DNA from: Octopus vulgaris
Taxonomy: Eukaryota
Direction: 5' to 3'
Assembly (NCBI GenBank): GCA_951406725.2
Contig: OX597826.1
Coordinates: 67,642,001-67,706,000 of the forward strand
Length of the DNA: 64,000 nt
Shown: piece after piece, positions 1-13,163 of the stretch
How the letters are laid out: each line of letters begins with the position of its first letter
How positions within the stretch are numbered: position 1 is the stretch's first letter
Program-made: the position numbers and the translations under genes
Notes under the pieces: generated by a model
What the model saw: only the letters and a program-made list of their open reading frames with translations
What the model was told of the DNA's origin: nothing
Databases searched by the model: none

Positions 1-11
1 GATTTAAAAGA

Positions 12-28
12 TGATGATGATCATCATC

Positions 29-70
<42 letters not shown>

Positions 71-95
71 GTCAACATCATCATCATCGTCGTCG

Positions 96-128
<33 letters not shown>

Positions 129-180
129 CAACATCACCATCATCATCATCATCATCACAACATCATCATCATCGTCGTCG

Positions 181-234
<54 letters not shown>

Positions 235-249
235 ACATCATCATCATCG

Positions 250-292
<43 letters not shown>

Positions 293-295
293 GAT
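12..295. repeat. (CAT)n microsatellite
   Basis: Near-perfect CAT trinucleotide run with occasional CGT/CAA units. Confidence 0.98.
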
Positions 296-304
296 TTTCA
301 TCAT

Positions 305-862
305 AATGCTGAGCGGTATTTCGTCTGCCGTTACTTTCTGAGTTCAAATTCCGCCGAGGTCGACTTTGCCTTTCATCTTTTCGGGGTCGACTAAATAAGT
401 ACCATTTACGCACTGGGGTCCATCTAATCGATTTATCCGTTTGTCTGTCCTTGTTTGTCCCCTCTGTGTTTAGCCCCTTGTGGGTAGTAAAGAAATAGGG
501 GTTTCGTCTGCCGTTACGTTCTGAGTTCAAATTCCGCCGAGGTCGACTTTGCCTTTCATCCTTTCGGTGTCGACTAAATAAGTACCATTTACACACACTG
601 GGGTCGATCTAATCGATTTATCCGTTTGTCTATCCTTGTTTGTCCCCTCAGTGTTTAGCCCCTTGTGGGTAGTAAAGAAATAGGAGTTTCGTCTGCCGTT
701 ACATTCTGAGTTCAAATTCCACTGAGGTTGACTTTGCCTTTCATCCTTTAGGTGTCATTTAATAAGTACCAGTTACGCACTGGGAGGGATGTAATCGACT
801 TAATCCGTTTATCTGTCCTCGTTTGTCTCTTCCATGTTTAGCCCCCTGTGGGCAATAAATAT
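305..862 (+). mobile_element. SINE family A (tRNA-derived, Nin/Deu-like domain), 5'-truncated, three tandem ~184-bp units
   Basis: The unit GGTATTTCGTCTGCCG...GAGTTCAAATTCC (B-box)...GCCTTTCATCCTTTCGGGGTCGA...AAGTACCAG...AAAGAAATA starts at ~315, ~498 and ~683. The same sequence occurs at 13.2, 16.0, 60.6 and 61.3 kb. Confidence 0.9.
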
Positions 863-1566
863 AAAAATTATTTTCCTTGTTCTTGTGTCGCCTTCAGGTT
901 AGATGTCAACCAGAAGAGCAAGCATCAAAGATCTTTCAACTGTGTCCATCTCCACTATTATTCGAACAGTGTAAATTACTCAACGTACATTATGCAATGT
1001 ACCGTTCTCTTCAAAAGTCTGTAGGGTGTGGCATGTGGATGAGATTTTCTGTCGTTATTTCATGAATGCCACGATCATGTTTCCACGATTTCATTCTGAC
1101 AGTGTCAAAGTCATGTAACCCATACGACAAATATATATTGGGGTTCAGATTAAAATCTTGAATTACACTTCTATGTTGATTCTGTTGGTGTGAACGATGA
1201 AGTGAATAGTCTTGAAATCATTTACAGCTCGGAGATTATAAGAAATATTAGAATGGATACTCCTGACGACGGTGTCAAATTTGACTTTTAAATTGAAACG
1301 TAAACTTGTTAGAAAGGGGGTTAGAATTGAGGGCGTCACGGCATATCATTTGTAATCCAGTTTGTTATTTTCCGATGCAAATGCTGTCACACATACACTC
1401 ACACAAACACACACACACCTACACACGCGCGCATACGTACCAACACGTACATGTACAAAATGTGTTTTAATTTATATATTCATGATTAGTTTATATACAC
1501 AAATACGCACGTATATATAGGCATACGTACATACATGCATACAAACACATACATATATGTGTATAA

Positions 1567-1626
<60 letters not shown>

Positions 1627-1809
1627 ATTTATGATTAGGTAGGTTATATAATACCACTTGCTGAAATCAGAGCCATTACTCCAAAAACCACCATAGAAAT
1701 TGTGATAAAAATGCACGCGTGTGTATGTATGTATACATGCATGTATATATATATGGGTGTTTGTGTGTATGTGTATGTTTATACATATTCTTCGTTCGAG
1801 CGACAAAGG

Positions 1810-2250
1810 ATCTAGCACCCTTCGTGGCAGATTTTTCAGATGTTGATTGAGAAAGAGAAGCGCAAGGCCGAAGTAGATCGAGGAAAAGAGTGCACAGTTC
1901 TTGTTTGAAGGTGGAAAGAGAGAGAAAATGGGGCACGAGATCAGGAGAAAGCTTGGAAAGAATGAACCAGTAAGATTTCTATGTGTGTTATTTATAGGAG
2001 AAACATACTTAAGTCATGCAGGCCTGGTCAGCCAGCAAAGAAGTCCCTTGTAAATTATGATAGAGCTACTGTTGACAACAGAATATGTGCAACCTGTAAA
2101 AATATGTGCCGTCCAGTTGGAGAATTAAAAAGACATGTCAAAAGACTCAATACTATGGTACCGGTTCCTTCTGCCAGCCAGTATAACTGTGCCTCATGAG
2201 GCGCAGTTATTTCATTCTTTGTAGAAACCGTCAGAATGATATAATCTGTG
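1810..2250 (+). mobile_element. Decayed 3' end of an RTE-like LINE
   Basis: Translation ...VD*EREAQGRSRSRKRVHSSC... and ICATCKNMCRPVGELKRH resembles the RTE C-terminal W-x-x-x-A-x-x-R-x-x-W motif and C2H2 finger. A stem-loop AACTGTGCCTC-AT-GAGGCGCAGTT lies near 2185-2208, followed by a (TAA)n run. Confidence 0.5.
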
Positions 2251-2253
2251 AAT

Positions 2254-2335
2254 TAATAATAATAATAATAATATTAATAATAATAATAATAATAATAATG
2301 ATAATAATAATAATAATTATTATTGTTATTATTAC

Positions 2336-2398
<63 letters not shown>

Positions 2399-2427
2399 TA
2401 TAATGATAATAATAATGATAATAATAA
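2254..2427. repeat. (AAT)n/(TTA)n microsatellite with orientation switches
   Basis: An AAT run, then a TTA run, then AAT again. Confidence 0.95.
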
Positions 2428-3452
2428 ACCTTTATAGGAGAAAGACAATTCCTTAACGACGGATGTAATGAAAGTCTGGAGGAAATACATGGAATGTGGT
2501 CTTTTCCTTTCTCCATTGAAGGTTCGTATTTTATAAATCGAGAGAAAATGAAAATCGTTATTAGTGTTTACATACAAAATATTAGATATTTCCAGCGGAA
2601 ATCACCTTGTAAAAATGTTTCATAGCAGCCAATAATTTCAGTTTCAGCTACAACAATTTTAAACGCCATTTTGTGATATATTCTGTGAAGTGTAGACAAT
2701 ATGCATACATATTGACACACATACAAAGAAACGTATGTACACCCACAAGTGCGCGTGCAAACATACAGATATACACTTACACGAAGGCATATAGTTGTAT
2801 ATCAACAGTTACAATATACGAGTCGTTTCAAATGGAGATCAGCACAGAGCTGTATCCAGATTCTTCAGAGTATAAAATGTAACGATAACATTTTATCTCT
2901 ATACTAAGAAAAAAACTGGGTTCAGCTCTGTTAATCGTTAAATGAAATATATACACTGACACACGAACAAAAACACACACACACACACATTCACGTACAG
3001 ACACCTTCAGAAATATTTACCCAACACATATGTATGTATGTGAGGGCATATAAGCGCCTTTCTGTGTCTATGAGTGTATGCATTATTCTATAGATATACG
3101 TGCGTTTTTGGGTATGTATATTTATGTATTTTTGCGTGATTGTGTGTGTGTATGCTAGTGTGCTTGTGTATGTGTGTGCTAGTGTGCTTGTGTGTGAGTG
3201 CTTGAATGTGTGCGGAATCGTGTGTTCACGTGTGTACGTGTGTCTGTGTATGTATCTGTATGTGAAGGAGTTTGTGTATATTTCTCAGTGTTTCGTTGCA
3301 GATGTGTGTAATGGAACGAAGAACATTTTCTAACGGTGTTTGCTCCAACCAGGAGCAGAATGTATCAGTGAAACCATGCAGAACCACCAGCATACCACAC
3401 ACAGACAAACACCCATATACACACACTCGCACACATAAACGCGTGTGTGCAC

Positions 3453-3520
<68 letters not shown>

Positions 3521-3560
3521 GTATATATATATGTATATATACATGTAAACACCTGCATAC

Positions 3561-3606
<46 letters not shown>

Positions 3607-3664
3607 GCATCCTTTCTGTCGCGGGAGACAATGGAGTTGCGCATAAAGTAGTCTATATATACAA

Positions 3665-3695
<31 letters not shown>

Positions 3696-3819
3696 CACAC
3701 ACATATATGTTTGCGTGTAGAGAGATATGGCGTTTTGTCTATGCCTGTGCGTTCTGCTGTGTAAACGACTGTACTTACGATACAGTCATATATGTCCTTT
3801 GGCGACGATTGGATGTAAT

Positions 3820-4660
3820 GATCATAACGAGAGTAGAGGTTGTGTACATGAGCAGGAATGATGTTAGGCGCACTGGTTTCAGTGATGGTCATTACGCTGG
3901 AGTTAGTATTACTATTGGTGGTATGATAATGGCAAGACTTAATAGTGGTGACGATGTGGATTTGACTACGGTGCTGTCTATGTCGTAGTTTATTAGTAAT
4001 GATGCTGGTGTGTTAATGTTTGTAGGAGATCGGGATAGCAGTACCGGTGGTGGTAGTGGTGATAATAATGGTGTCATGGTGCTGGAAGTGGCAGTCGTTG
4101 TGCTGGTAGTAGCTGTGGTAGTAGAAGTGGTATTGTTATAAATGATGGTGATGATGTTTGTGATGGTTGAATCGCAGGTGAGTGGTTTGGTGTTGGTCGT
4201 GGTTATGGTGTTAAGGATTATTATAATGAATATTTTTGTTGTTGTTGTTATTGTTGTTGTTGGTGGTGGTAGTTGTAGTGTCGGTGGCTTTCATTGGGGG
4301 TAGTGATGTTGATATTAGCGCTGCGAGGAATATTGTGGCGATATGGTGGTGTTAGTCGAGATGGTGTTGCTCTATACTGTTGTTGGTATTGGTGGTGATG
4401 GTGAGTAGTGGTGGTTGTGTTGGTGGTGATGGTTGTGGTGGCATTTTTTTGGTGCTTTTGATGGTGGTGGTGGTGAATGTGATGGTGGTGGTTGTGGTTG
4501 TGGTGGCGGTGGTTTGTAGTGGTAGTGGCGGCGTTGGCGATTGTGGTTGTGGGTTTGGTTGTCGTGATGGTTGCAACAGTTGTGTTGGTTGTGGAGGTGG
4601 TGGTTGTTGCAGTGGTTGAAACTGAGATGGTGGTGATGGTGGTGGGGGAGTGTGATGAAT
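3820..4660. repeat. Cryptic (GGT/GTT/GAT)n low-complexity domain
   Basis: G/T-rich degenerate trinucleotide periodicity over about 800 bp. Confidence 0.85.
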
Positions 4661-5553
4661 GCTCGTAGAATTCTTTCGTGACGCGAGACGGGAGTGTTTT
4701 GTTTACGAATGTGTTTTTGCAATTCATGTGGAACCCAGACAAAATGTAGCCAGAACAAATTTGAGTGGAAAGAGAAAGGAGACGCGCATAATAATGATTG
4801 AAGATGGGGGGGAGGGTGGAACGAAAGGAAGCGTAGTGGTATAAGTAGGAATACTTATAGAAGGGGAGGGTTGCAGAGAGCGGAATGGGACTGGTTCCTT
4901 AAGTTTTTATCATATTTATACTTCATGTTTTGTAAGGACTGAGTGTATTTTGAATTATTTTTACATTTGTAGTTTCACTGTACGCATAGTAAACTGTAAT
5001 ATGATTCCTGGCAGAGTTGATGGAATGGAACTAGGCAGGTAGGTAAGTAGCAATGGCAGCCAGGGTAGATAGGTAAGTTTTTAAGTAGGTGTAGTGTGGA
5101 AGGGTGACGTGGGAAATACCCTTATCTTCCTGCACTCTCATGCCACTACGGAGTCACCCTGCTTAATATAAAAAGGGAAAGGAAGAGGTTTATATAGATT
5201 ATTAACATAAAGAAAATGGGTTAACGAGGAAAATAACACGAATAAAGAAATTAACTCTTGAATGCTGCTATTTCGCTCTAGGCCGATGATAATTGCGCCA
5301 AATTATATAGAGTCGAAGATATTCCAAGCATTGTTTCTTGACTTTTTAAGGAAATTAGGATTACAGTGTAAATTATATCCTCCCCATTCTTAACCATGTA
5401 CGATATGATGTACGGAATATTTAGGGTATAATTGGCTGTGGCTTCTAGAATGTTAGGCTACTACAAACAAGCAATTGCTCCTTGGCTCAACACCCGAAGG
5501 AGATATTTGATGGGTGTAGCATATGAACATGTATATATGTATGTATGTATGTA

Positions 5554-5753
5554 CGAAAGGGTGCTGAAAAGTCCCTGGCTTTAAGGGTATCGAGAACAGG
5601 ATGTTTGCAAGGCACAAATTTCCGAGAAACAGAAGGACCGCTGCGATAACCGTGTGAAACTGAGAGGGGGAATATGTTGAATAAAATGATTATTAACGGA
5701 AAATCCTGAATTTTTCTTTTACCCAAAGCCAGTAACATTCCAGTGCCCCGTTG
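5554..5753. mobile_element. Mariner-derived MITE
   Basis: TA|CGAAAGGGTGCTGAAAAGTCCCTGGCTTT ... AAAGCCAGTAACATTCCAGTGCCCCGTTG|TA shows degenerate TIRs with TA flanks. A related copy lies at ~54139-54350. Confidence 0.75.
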
Positions 5754-5890
5754 TATGAATGCATTTATTGTTCCCGTGTGTTTTTAATTAATCAAATTCT
5801 TCCTCTGAGGAAGAACGTGGTTTTAAAAAGAAAAAAAAAAGAAAGCTCCATCATTGCAATGTAGATAACGAAAACAATGTCACATTCTAA

Positions 5891-6339
5891 CAATGGCGTA
5901 GCTAGGGTAAACTGCGCCGGCGGCAAGCCGCAAAAATACTCACCCCCTTCTCCTATCAATTACAAAATCCACGATATTATATAGTACTTATTTGTTACTA
6001 GTAATTAATGTCTTAGAACAATATTTTAGGAATAAATACTTTACCAGCTTTCATTTACCTGTCGGTTCGGTACAGCCAATAATACAAAATATATTTTGTG
6101 AATGTTTAATTTTACGGAGCCTATTTTTGACGCCGTTTGTAAAAATGTCTAGATATGACTATAGACAGACAACCGCCATATTGCGTTTACCTTCAATAAC
6201 AGCAGAATACGATATGCTGGATATCCATTTTTACAATTGTAATATTATAAATGGAGTTCAAGCTTATCTTTCTATGGTCAGTTCTCCACCCGACTTCAAT
6301 CGGCGCCCGGAACACGTCTCCCCGCCCGATACGCTACTG
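5891..6339. mobile_element. Non-autonomous hAT-type DNA transposon (449 bp)
   Basis: TIRs CAATGGCGTA... and ...TACGCTACTG, with an exact 8-bp TSD CATTCTAA at 5883-5890 and 6340-6347. Confidence 0.9.
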
Positions 6340-6479
6340 CATTCTAAACCTGAGAAAAGTCTTGCATATTTTTACTGTTCCACGTGTAGATTCTATTTGT
6401 AATATGCAATTTGGTTGATTTTTTTCCGGAAAATCCAAGCTTCTCCAGATTTTCGCTGAGATGTTTATTTACAAAGTCA

Positions 6480-6738
6480 ATTGTGCCAGTTATTTTTAGT
6501 ATAAACTTGAATTTACACTCTGATATAGAATCTGGAGGTTTCGAAGCATTCGCCGATATTTAGCCTCGTTCCTTTTCATTTTCAAAGATATATTCACACC
6601 GGCAGGACTGCTGACCTCTATGACAGAACATACTTCCTCTTGCCTGTCACAAATAACAATATCTGGCTTGTTATGCTTACACATGACAAATGTTTTGATG
6701 AGAATGTTCCAGCAGTATTCCTTGTGTTGCTGTTTCTA
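6480..6738 (-). mobile_element. R4/Dong-like non-LTR remnant, restriction-like endonuclease part
   Basis: KEYCWNILIKT..CKHNKPDIVICDRQEEVCSVIEVS..KY matches the PD-(D/E)xK RLE motif also seen in the 39.6-kb element. Confidence 0.8.
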
Positions 6739-6934
6739 TACACTGATCAGCAAAAGAAACATGAGACGTTTGTGACTGTGAAATATGTTTTAATTTCACT
6801 ATGTCAGAGATAAATTTCGATAGATCTCATAAAGTCATCTTCGTGGGTGCATTTTGACCAGAGTCTATGGGTCGTTGGCATTTGTTCTGGTAGTGGGCGT
6901 ATCCAGCACATCGAGACTTTTAAGCGTGACATGT

Positions 6935-7826
6935 CCAATACCATGTGCACCCTCCCTGAGTGTTCAACACGGCCATATACCGTCGGTACACGGAGTGCAT
7001 CAGGCGATTCACAAAAGTCATTGGCACCTGTGCTCACACCCAGAGGAAAACTACCTTCAGTTCCACACGAGTTGTCGACCTTGGGACCAAGGCATAGTTC
7101 TGATGTTATTCTGGCGCAGAAAGTCCATGGTGACTATGGCCGTGCGGGAGGGAGCATTGGTCTGCTGGTCAATGTAGCGCTGTGCCGTGATGCCATTCAC
7201 TCTGCCTGCACCAACATTTTGGAACACATGAGGCTAAATTCTCTGATTCAAGCCTATAGCATCCCAGACAATGATGCTTTTCCCACCCCATACGTATCTC
7301 TCCATGACACATGCGTCTCTTTAGCGTTCACCCCTCCTACATCACAACCTCATTCTGTCATCCGAGGCGAAAACGCTATACCGACTCTCGTCAGAGAAGA
7401 TTATCGACCTCCATTGTTCTTGCCGCCAATGTCGGTGCTGTGTAGCCTGACGGTGGCGGGAGGTAAGGACAGGCCCTCGAGCAGAACGGCGGGAACGCAG
7501 GTTGTTGGCGGCCAGGTGACGTCGTACCGTGACGTCACTGATGGGCGGATGTCCTGAGCTAATGGTCTCACGAGCTGTCACGCTGGTAGGACTGAAACGA
7601 TCACAGAGATGTTGGAGGTGGATGAAGCGGCACTGTCTGGGTATGGTCACCCGAGGGCGCATTTGCGGGCACGGTCTGCAGTGCTGTCGGTGTTGTTGCA
7701 TCGCGGTTGCAGGCGATAGATGGCGCTGAAATGGACATTGTAAGCTTTTGCAACAACCAGAGCACGCTACCTTGCTTGCAGTCGGCCGATACCTTGTTCT
7801 CTCTGCGCTGCTGACAATCGGGTCAT
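6935..7826 (-). pseudogene. Tc1 transposase pseudogene
   Basis: MTRLSAAQREQGIGRLQ (paired-like HTH), WRSIIFSDESRY, QQTNAPSRTA..FLRQNNIRTMPW and C-terminal RRYMAVLNTQGGCTWY are present. It has stops and frameshifts, and the SPDLNPIE segment is missing. Confidence 0.9.
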
Positions 7827-7849
7827 ACCTGGTGCATCGAAATTACGAA

Positions 7850-8913
7850 TTTATTTAAAGTCAACTATAAAGAGTTAAACATAGAGGGGACATCACAAGG
7901 ACAGACAAAAACAGATAAGTGGGTTTGTGTGTGTGGGGGAAACGAATTGAAAAAGAAGAGAGAAAACTAACAAAGGGGTGGAATGACGGCCACTCGAACC
8001 CCACACTTCGAGTGACAACACTGAACTCTTTTACAGCCAGTTGCATTATTAAAGTATTTCTATCATTTTCTAAAATATCTAGAAGACTCGCCATAGATGA
8101 CAATGTTTCGACTGCCCCAGCCAGTTCCGCGTTGTTGTTTTCGTGGCTTGGAGGATCGATATTTTCACCTCCAAGTACATCGTTATCGCCGCCACCAGCT
8201 ACTTCTGATGGTATCTCCTCTATCCTTACTCTGGAAGCTCGTATTTCAAAGTAAGATGGTAGTAATATAATTCACTCTGTTTACTGGGAGGCCACGGAAT
8301 GTTGATTTGCCTTTTTTTTACTGTTGGGAACCGCACTTCTGCTGTAGCGTATCTGGTGCCCCTGGCCAGTTACGATATTTCCGGAAAGATGGGTACGAAG
8401 CACTTTTGAATTTGTACCTTGCTTGCCAGTTCAACTTTCTTCTCCTTTATCACAAATATCTTGAATATCACAGTTTTCTTGCAAATGTCCCTCGTTATTT
8501 CGTTAGGAGGGCTCAGTTCTGCATTGAACCTCTCCCTTTACAACATATCTAAGAATTTTACCAAGGCCTTCCTTTCAAACTCCACGTTGCTCTTTGACAC
8601 GCCGGCCACCGTCGCAAGCTTTTGATATTTTCCATTTTTCTTTCTTTTCCTCCTCTTGCCAGCTCTTCCTCCATTCCACTCGCGTAATACATCAATTCTC
8701 CATCCGACAACTCCACGTCGGATGAACTTACATCTTCCTATTTCATCATAGCGCTTTCTCCATCAAACAAGGTTGAAACAAAAGCTGGACCGCAACAAAG
8801 CGGTGCAACAAGAGTGTTATACAAACACACGCAACAACAACGTTCGACAAAGAAACAACCGTAACATAACAAGTGATACTGACCATAATTTACGACACTA
8901 ACCTCGAAAGCTC
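7850..8913 (-). mobile_element. ~1.06-kb retroposed element with a decayed ORF1-like sequence (possibly an L1/Tx1-type non-autonomous element)
   Basis: Exact 10-bp TSD AAATTACGAA at 7840-7849 and 8914-8923. The minus-strand 3' end is ...TTTAAATAAA. A broken reading frame (KKTVIFKIF..LARGTRYATAEVRFPT..RASRVRIEEIPSEV) is RRM/ORF1-like by eye only. Confidence 0.65.
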
Positions 8914-9197
8914 AAATTACGAAGGCCAGAAAAGCGGTTCAAGTTGATCTTTATACCTATAACCTCCACGAGACCTACGTGTATTTCGGGTTCCATGATA
9001 GTTGTTTGCGACAGCCACCCACGGCATTCAACGCAGCTTCGTTTAGTCGTCTCATTTCAGGGCAACATGAAAGGTTACCTGCAGTTTGGGTCTCAGCCAT
9101 TATCCAATATGCCTTGGAATATTTGCACCTAAATCCCCGATTTAAATTTTCAGAATTTACCATATAAAAATGCCATTTCCTTTAGCAGCTCACTGTA

Positions 9198-9505
9198 AAT
9201 ATTCAACAGCAGTAGGATTCTCTATATTTGTTCCCAGACCGTCTATTTTCCGGATGGCATTGTATTTTATATTATATATCAATAGTTTTTGCGCCCACTT
9301 CATGTTGCATCGGGTGACAGACCTTCATGACAATTTTGGGCAACTGCTAATCACGTGTGTTGTCTTCAACACAAACTACACATATACTACATTTTGGGTT
9401 GCATCTGAGGAATCTCAGGACTTCAATGTGGCTCTTGTTTATTACATATTTAGTAGCAATCTCCTTTTCTTGATTGCAAATGCATAGCATCGCCTCCAAC
9501 GTGTT
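9198..9505 (-). mobile_element. R4/Dong-like non-LTR remnant, CCHC zinc-finger part (continues at 6738)
   Basis: YAFAI/QEKEIATKYV...PKCSICVVCVEDN/HVISSCPKLS. Removing the Tc1 joins VEYL*KQQHKEYCWN in frame. Confidence 0.75.
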
Positions 9506-9512
9506 ATGCCTG

Positions 9513-9775
9513 TACGTACGTACGTACGTAGGTACGTATGTATGTATGTATGTATGTATGTATGTATGTATGTATGTATGTATGTATGTATGTTTGTATG
9601 TATGTATGTATGTATGTATGTTTGTATGTATGTATGTATGTATGTATGTATGTATGTATGTATGTATGTATGTGTGTGTGTATGTATGTATGTATATATG
9701 TATGTATGTATGTATGTATGCATGTATGTATGCAGGTATGTATGTAGGTATGTAGGTATGTATGTATGTATGTGT
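9513..9775. repeat. (TATG)n microsatellite
   Basis: Tetranucleotide run. Confidence 0.97.
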
Positions 9776-9905
9776 GTACGTACGCGTATTCGCACAAGTA
9801 CATTCATGTACGTATGCTCCAATGCATTCATTTGTAGAGATCTTTACGTTGTTTCTAAAGGTCAGGTTGCAATACCCTGGTTGTGTACCTACCTCTATCT
9901 CTCTT

Positions 9906-9951
<46 letters not shown>

Positions 9952-10022
9952 TATATGTACACATACATACATAATATATATATATATTCATCTCTTTCTG
10001 TGTCTGCCTGTAGGTCTGTCAG

Positions 10023-10055
<33 letters not shown>

Positions 10056-10391
10056 ATACGCACACGCGTGCACATACACTCATTTATATATATGTATAAG
10101 ACATGTATACATAACTATGTATACATACACACACATATATATACCTACATATATATATATATATATATAACTATACCTACATGCATGCATTGTTACATAG
10201 AAACACACATGGATGTAGTTATATGTCTGAGTGTGCCCACGCGTTTCTGGCGGTATTTATATATTACATACATATATGCATACATAGAAACCTGTATACG
10301 TCTAAATACGTATATTCATATATAAACATATAAGTAGTTATTTATATGTAAACAGAGATATGGAAATGAGACACACATTATGCAAATATAA

Positions 10392-10422
<31 letters not shown>

Positions 10423-10436
10423 AATAATAATAAAAC

Positions 10437-10516
<80 letters not shown>

Positions 10517-11102
10517 GAAGAAGAAGAAGATGAAGTATAAGAGTAAGAATAAGGTGGAGAAGAGGAACGAAGAAGAAAAAGAGAGAAGGAAAAGAGAGAG
10601 TGAAAAGAAGAACGGCACGCACGCACACACACACACACACATTCACACACATAAAGAGATCCGCGAAAATGTGTGTATTTAATAATGCCTGTTTGTATGC
10701 AATTTTGACATATATATATATATGTATGTATATATGTATATATATATATATGTAAATATATGCGTGTGTCTATGTTTTGGGATAAATGTATGTTAATGCG
10801 TGGTGAGGTGTGTGTGTGAATGCAGTGCTGACTTATAAATAGAAAGCAATTATTAGAAATAATGTTGAGATATTTCTTTTAAAGCAATATTTGAAGAGTT
10901 GTCACACACACACACACACACACACACGCATTCTCTATCTCTCTCTTTCTCTATCTCTGTTTCTCACTCACATAAACGCACAAACACAACTACACGCGTA
11001 CAAACAGGATCACGTGCTCACACATACACAATCGTTCATAAACATACGACGCCATATTTCTGTATACACATTCCAAAGAATACAACAGTTACATATATAT
11101 AC

Positions 11103-11136
<34 letters not shown>

Positions 11137-11499
11137 GTATGTGTGTGTGCATGTGTGTGTGTCTTTATGTTTATATACATATATATATATTTTATGTATA
11201 TGTACACATATCATGTATATATGTATATACACACACCCACACGCGCACATACACACACTCACACACACACACACACACACATGCGCATATATATGACAGC
11301 AAACATGCACGTACAGAGGCTCGCATACATTACACATATAGAAGTGCTCCCTCTCTCTCCCTCTCTCTGTTCCTCTCCCTCTCACACACAATCCTAAAAG
11401 GAATATTTCTGCACTGTGTAAATGTAAGCAAGTATATATAACGACAATGTACAAACACACACAAGATATACAATTATGAGATTATACATACACACACAG

Positions 11500-11544
<45 letters not shown>

Positions 11545-11562
11545 TATATATGTATATATGTG

Positions 11563-11593
<31 letters not shown>

Positions 11594-11596
11594 GTA

Positions 11597-11654
<58 letters not shown>

Positions 11655-11726
11655 CATAGATGTATATATAAAGATTTATGTACATGTATACAGCTTTTAT
11701 ACAGTTCATATATATGTATATATACA

Positions 11727-11793
<67 letters not shown>

Positions 11794-11865
11794 TTATATA
11801 TATATATGTATATATATGTATATATATATATGTATATATATGTATATATATGTAATAATATATAC
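11500..11865. repeat. Compound (TA)n microsatellite
   Basis: Interrupted TA runs. Confidence 0.95.
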
Positions 11866-12077
11866 ACATCTCTATGTTTATACACATATCCATACATACA
11901 TACACCTACCCATATACAGAAATGTATATCATTTATAACTAAAGCATTAATATCATCTCAAAGAATGTATAATTTCCAATAATAACACATGATATATCAA
12001 TAATATCATATATTGTAATATAAATTATAATTAAAATCGTATAATATTGGCTAATATATCAATATCTGTATAAAATG

Positions 12078-12103
12078 ATAATAATAATAACAATACTAAT
12101 GAC

Positions 12104-12167
<64 letters not shown>

Positions 12168-12277
12168 TTAATAATAGCAATGCTACTACTACTACTACAA
12201 CTAATAATAATAATAATAGTACTAATAATAATATAATAATGATATTTATAATAATGATAATGATGATAATAATAATA

Positions 12278-12332
<55 letters not shown>

Positions 12333-12355
12333 TAATAATAATAATAATAATAATA

Positions 12356-12425
<70 letters not shown>

Positions 12426-12433
12426 TAATAATA
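12078..12433. repeat. (AAT)n microsatellite
   Basis: About 350 bp of AAT with variants. Similar tracts lie at 10390-10515, 20960-21077 and 28803-28880. Confidence 0.97.
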
Positions 12434-13163
12434 CAATAAAACAAACTGTATAACATAGGATATGAAAATGAAATCCTCATAGAATATCTAAAATATATGT
12501 GAGATTATCTTGTGATACTTATTTGACGCTTTTACAAATATTAACGAAACATATCATAGTATGGAAAGCCGTAGAAATATTGTGTTTTGCGAAAGATTTT
12601 TATTACTATTTTTATACGTAAATTTATAAATTTTCACATGCATCCTGTATATTAAATCTTTCGATTATGCCTTTGATATCGTACCATACTTAAAATTCTT
12701 AAAATTTTAACATCAGAAAATTGATACTTTATGTAAAAGAATTTGATTATGTCTCTGATTTTGTTCCATACTTACGGTTGCTTGAAGCCTGACACTTAAA
12801 ATCCTTTCCTTGTGTAAGAACTCACGACTATCTTGCCGAATTCGCTCCATACTTATGGTTATTTAATGTATAATATGTGAAATAGATTCATTTTGTAAGT
12901 AGCTTCGATTGTGATGCCGATTTCTGAATTAGCACAAGAAGCAGAAAAGTATATGTGTATCTACACGAATTACATTCTAGCTACACGCACTTACGCATAT
13001 ACGCACACGAACGCATGTTTATGTATGTATGTATCTCTCTCTCTTTCTCTGTCTATCTATATATGTACATATGTATGTAAGTATAAATATATGCATCCAT
13101 GTATGTGTGTGTATGAGACACACATACACACACACAGTAAGCATTTCGCTTGGCGTGATAACG

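Larger units (their letters stand above)
6741..9195 (-). mobile_element. Tc1-family transposon, decayed, interrupted by an insertion at 7850-8913
   Basis: TA-flanked degenerate TIRs (CACTGATCAGCAAAAGAAAC at 6741; CAGTGAGCTGCTAAAGGAAA on the minus strand from 9195; 14/20 match) enclose a transposase remnant. Confidence 0.8.

Noticed and set aside
305-862. Tandem repeats as a CRISPR array
   Set aside because: The units are contiguous ~184-bp repeats with no unique spacers, there are no cas genes, and the context is eukaryotic.
1262-1305. CTGACGA...GAAACGT hammerhead-like motif
   Set aside because: Stem II does not close next to the core boxes and there is no stem I pairing.
6847-7557. 236-aa plus-strand ORF
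   Set aside because: It is the antisense frame of the Tc1 transposase remnant.
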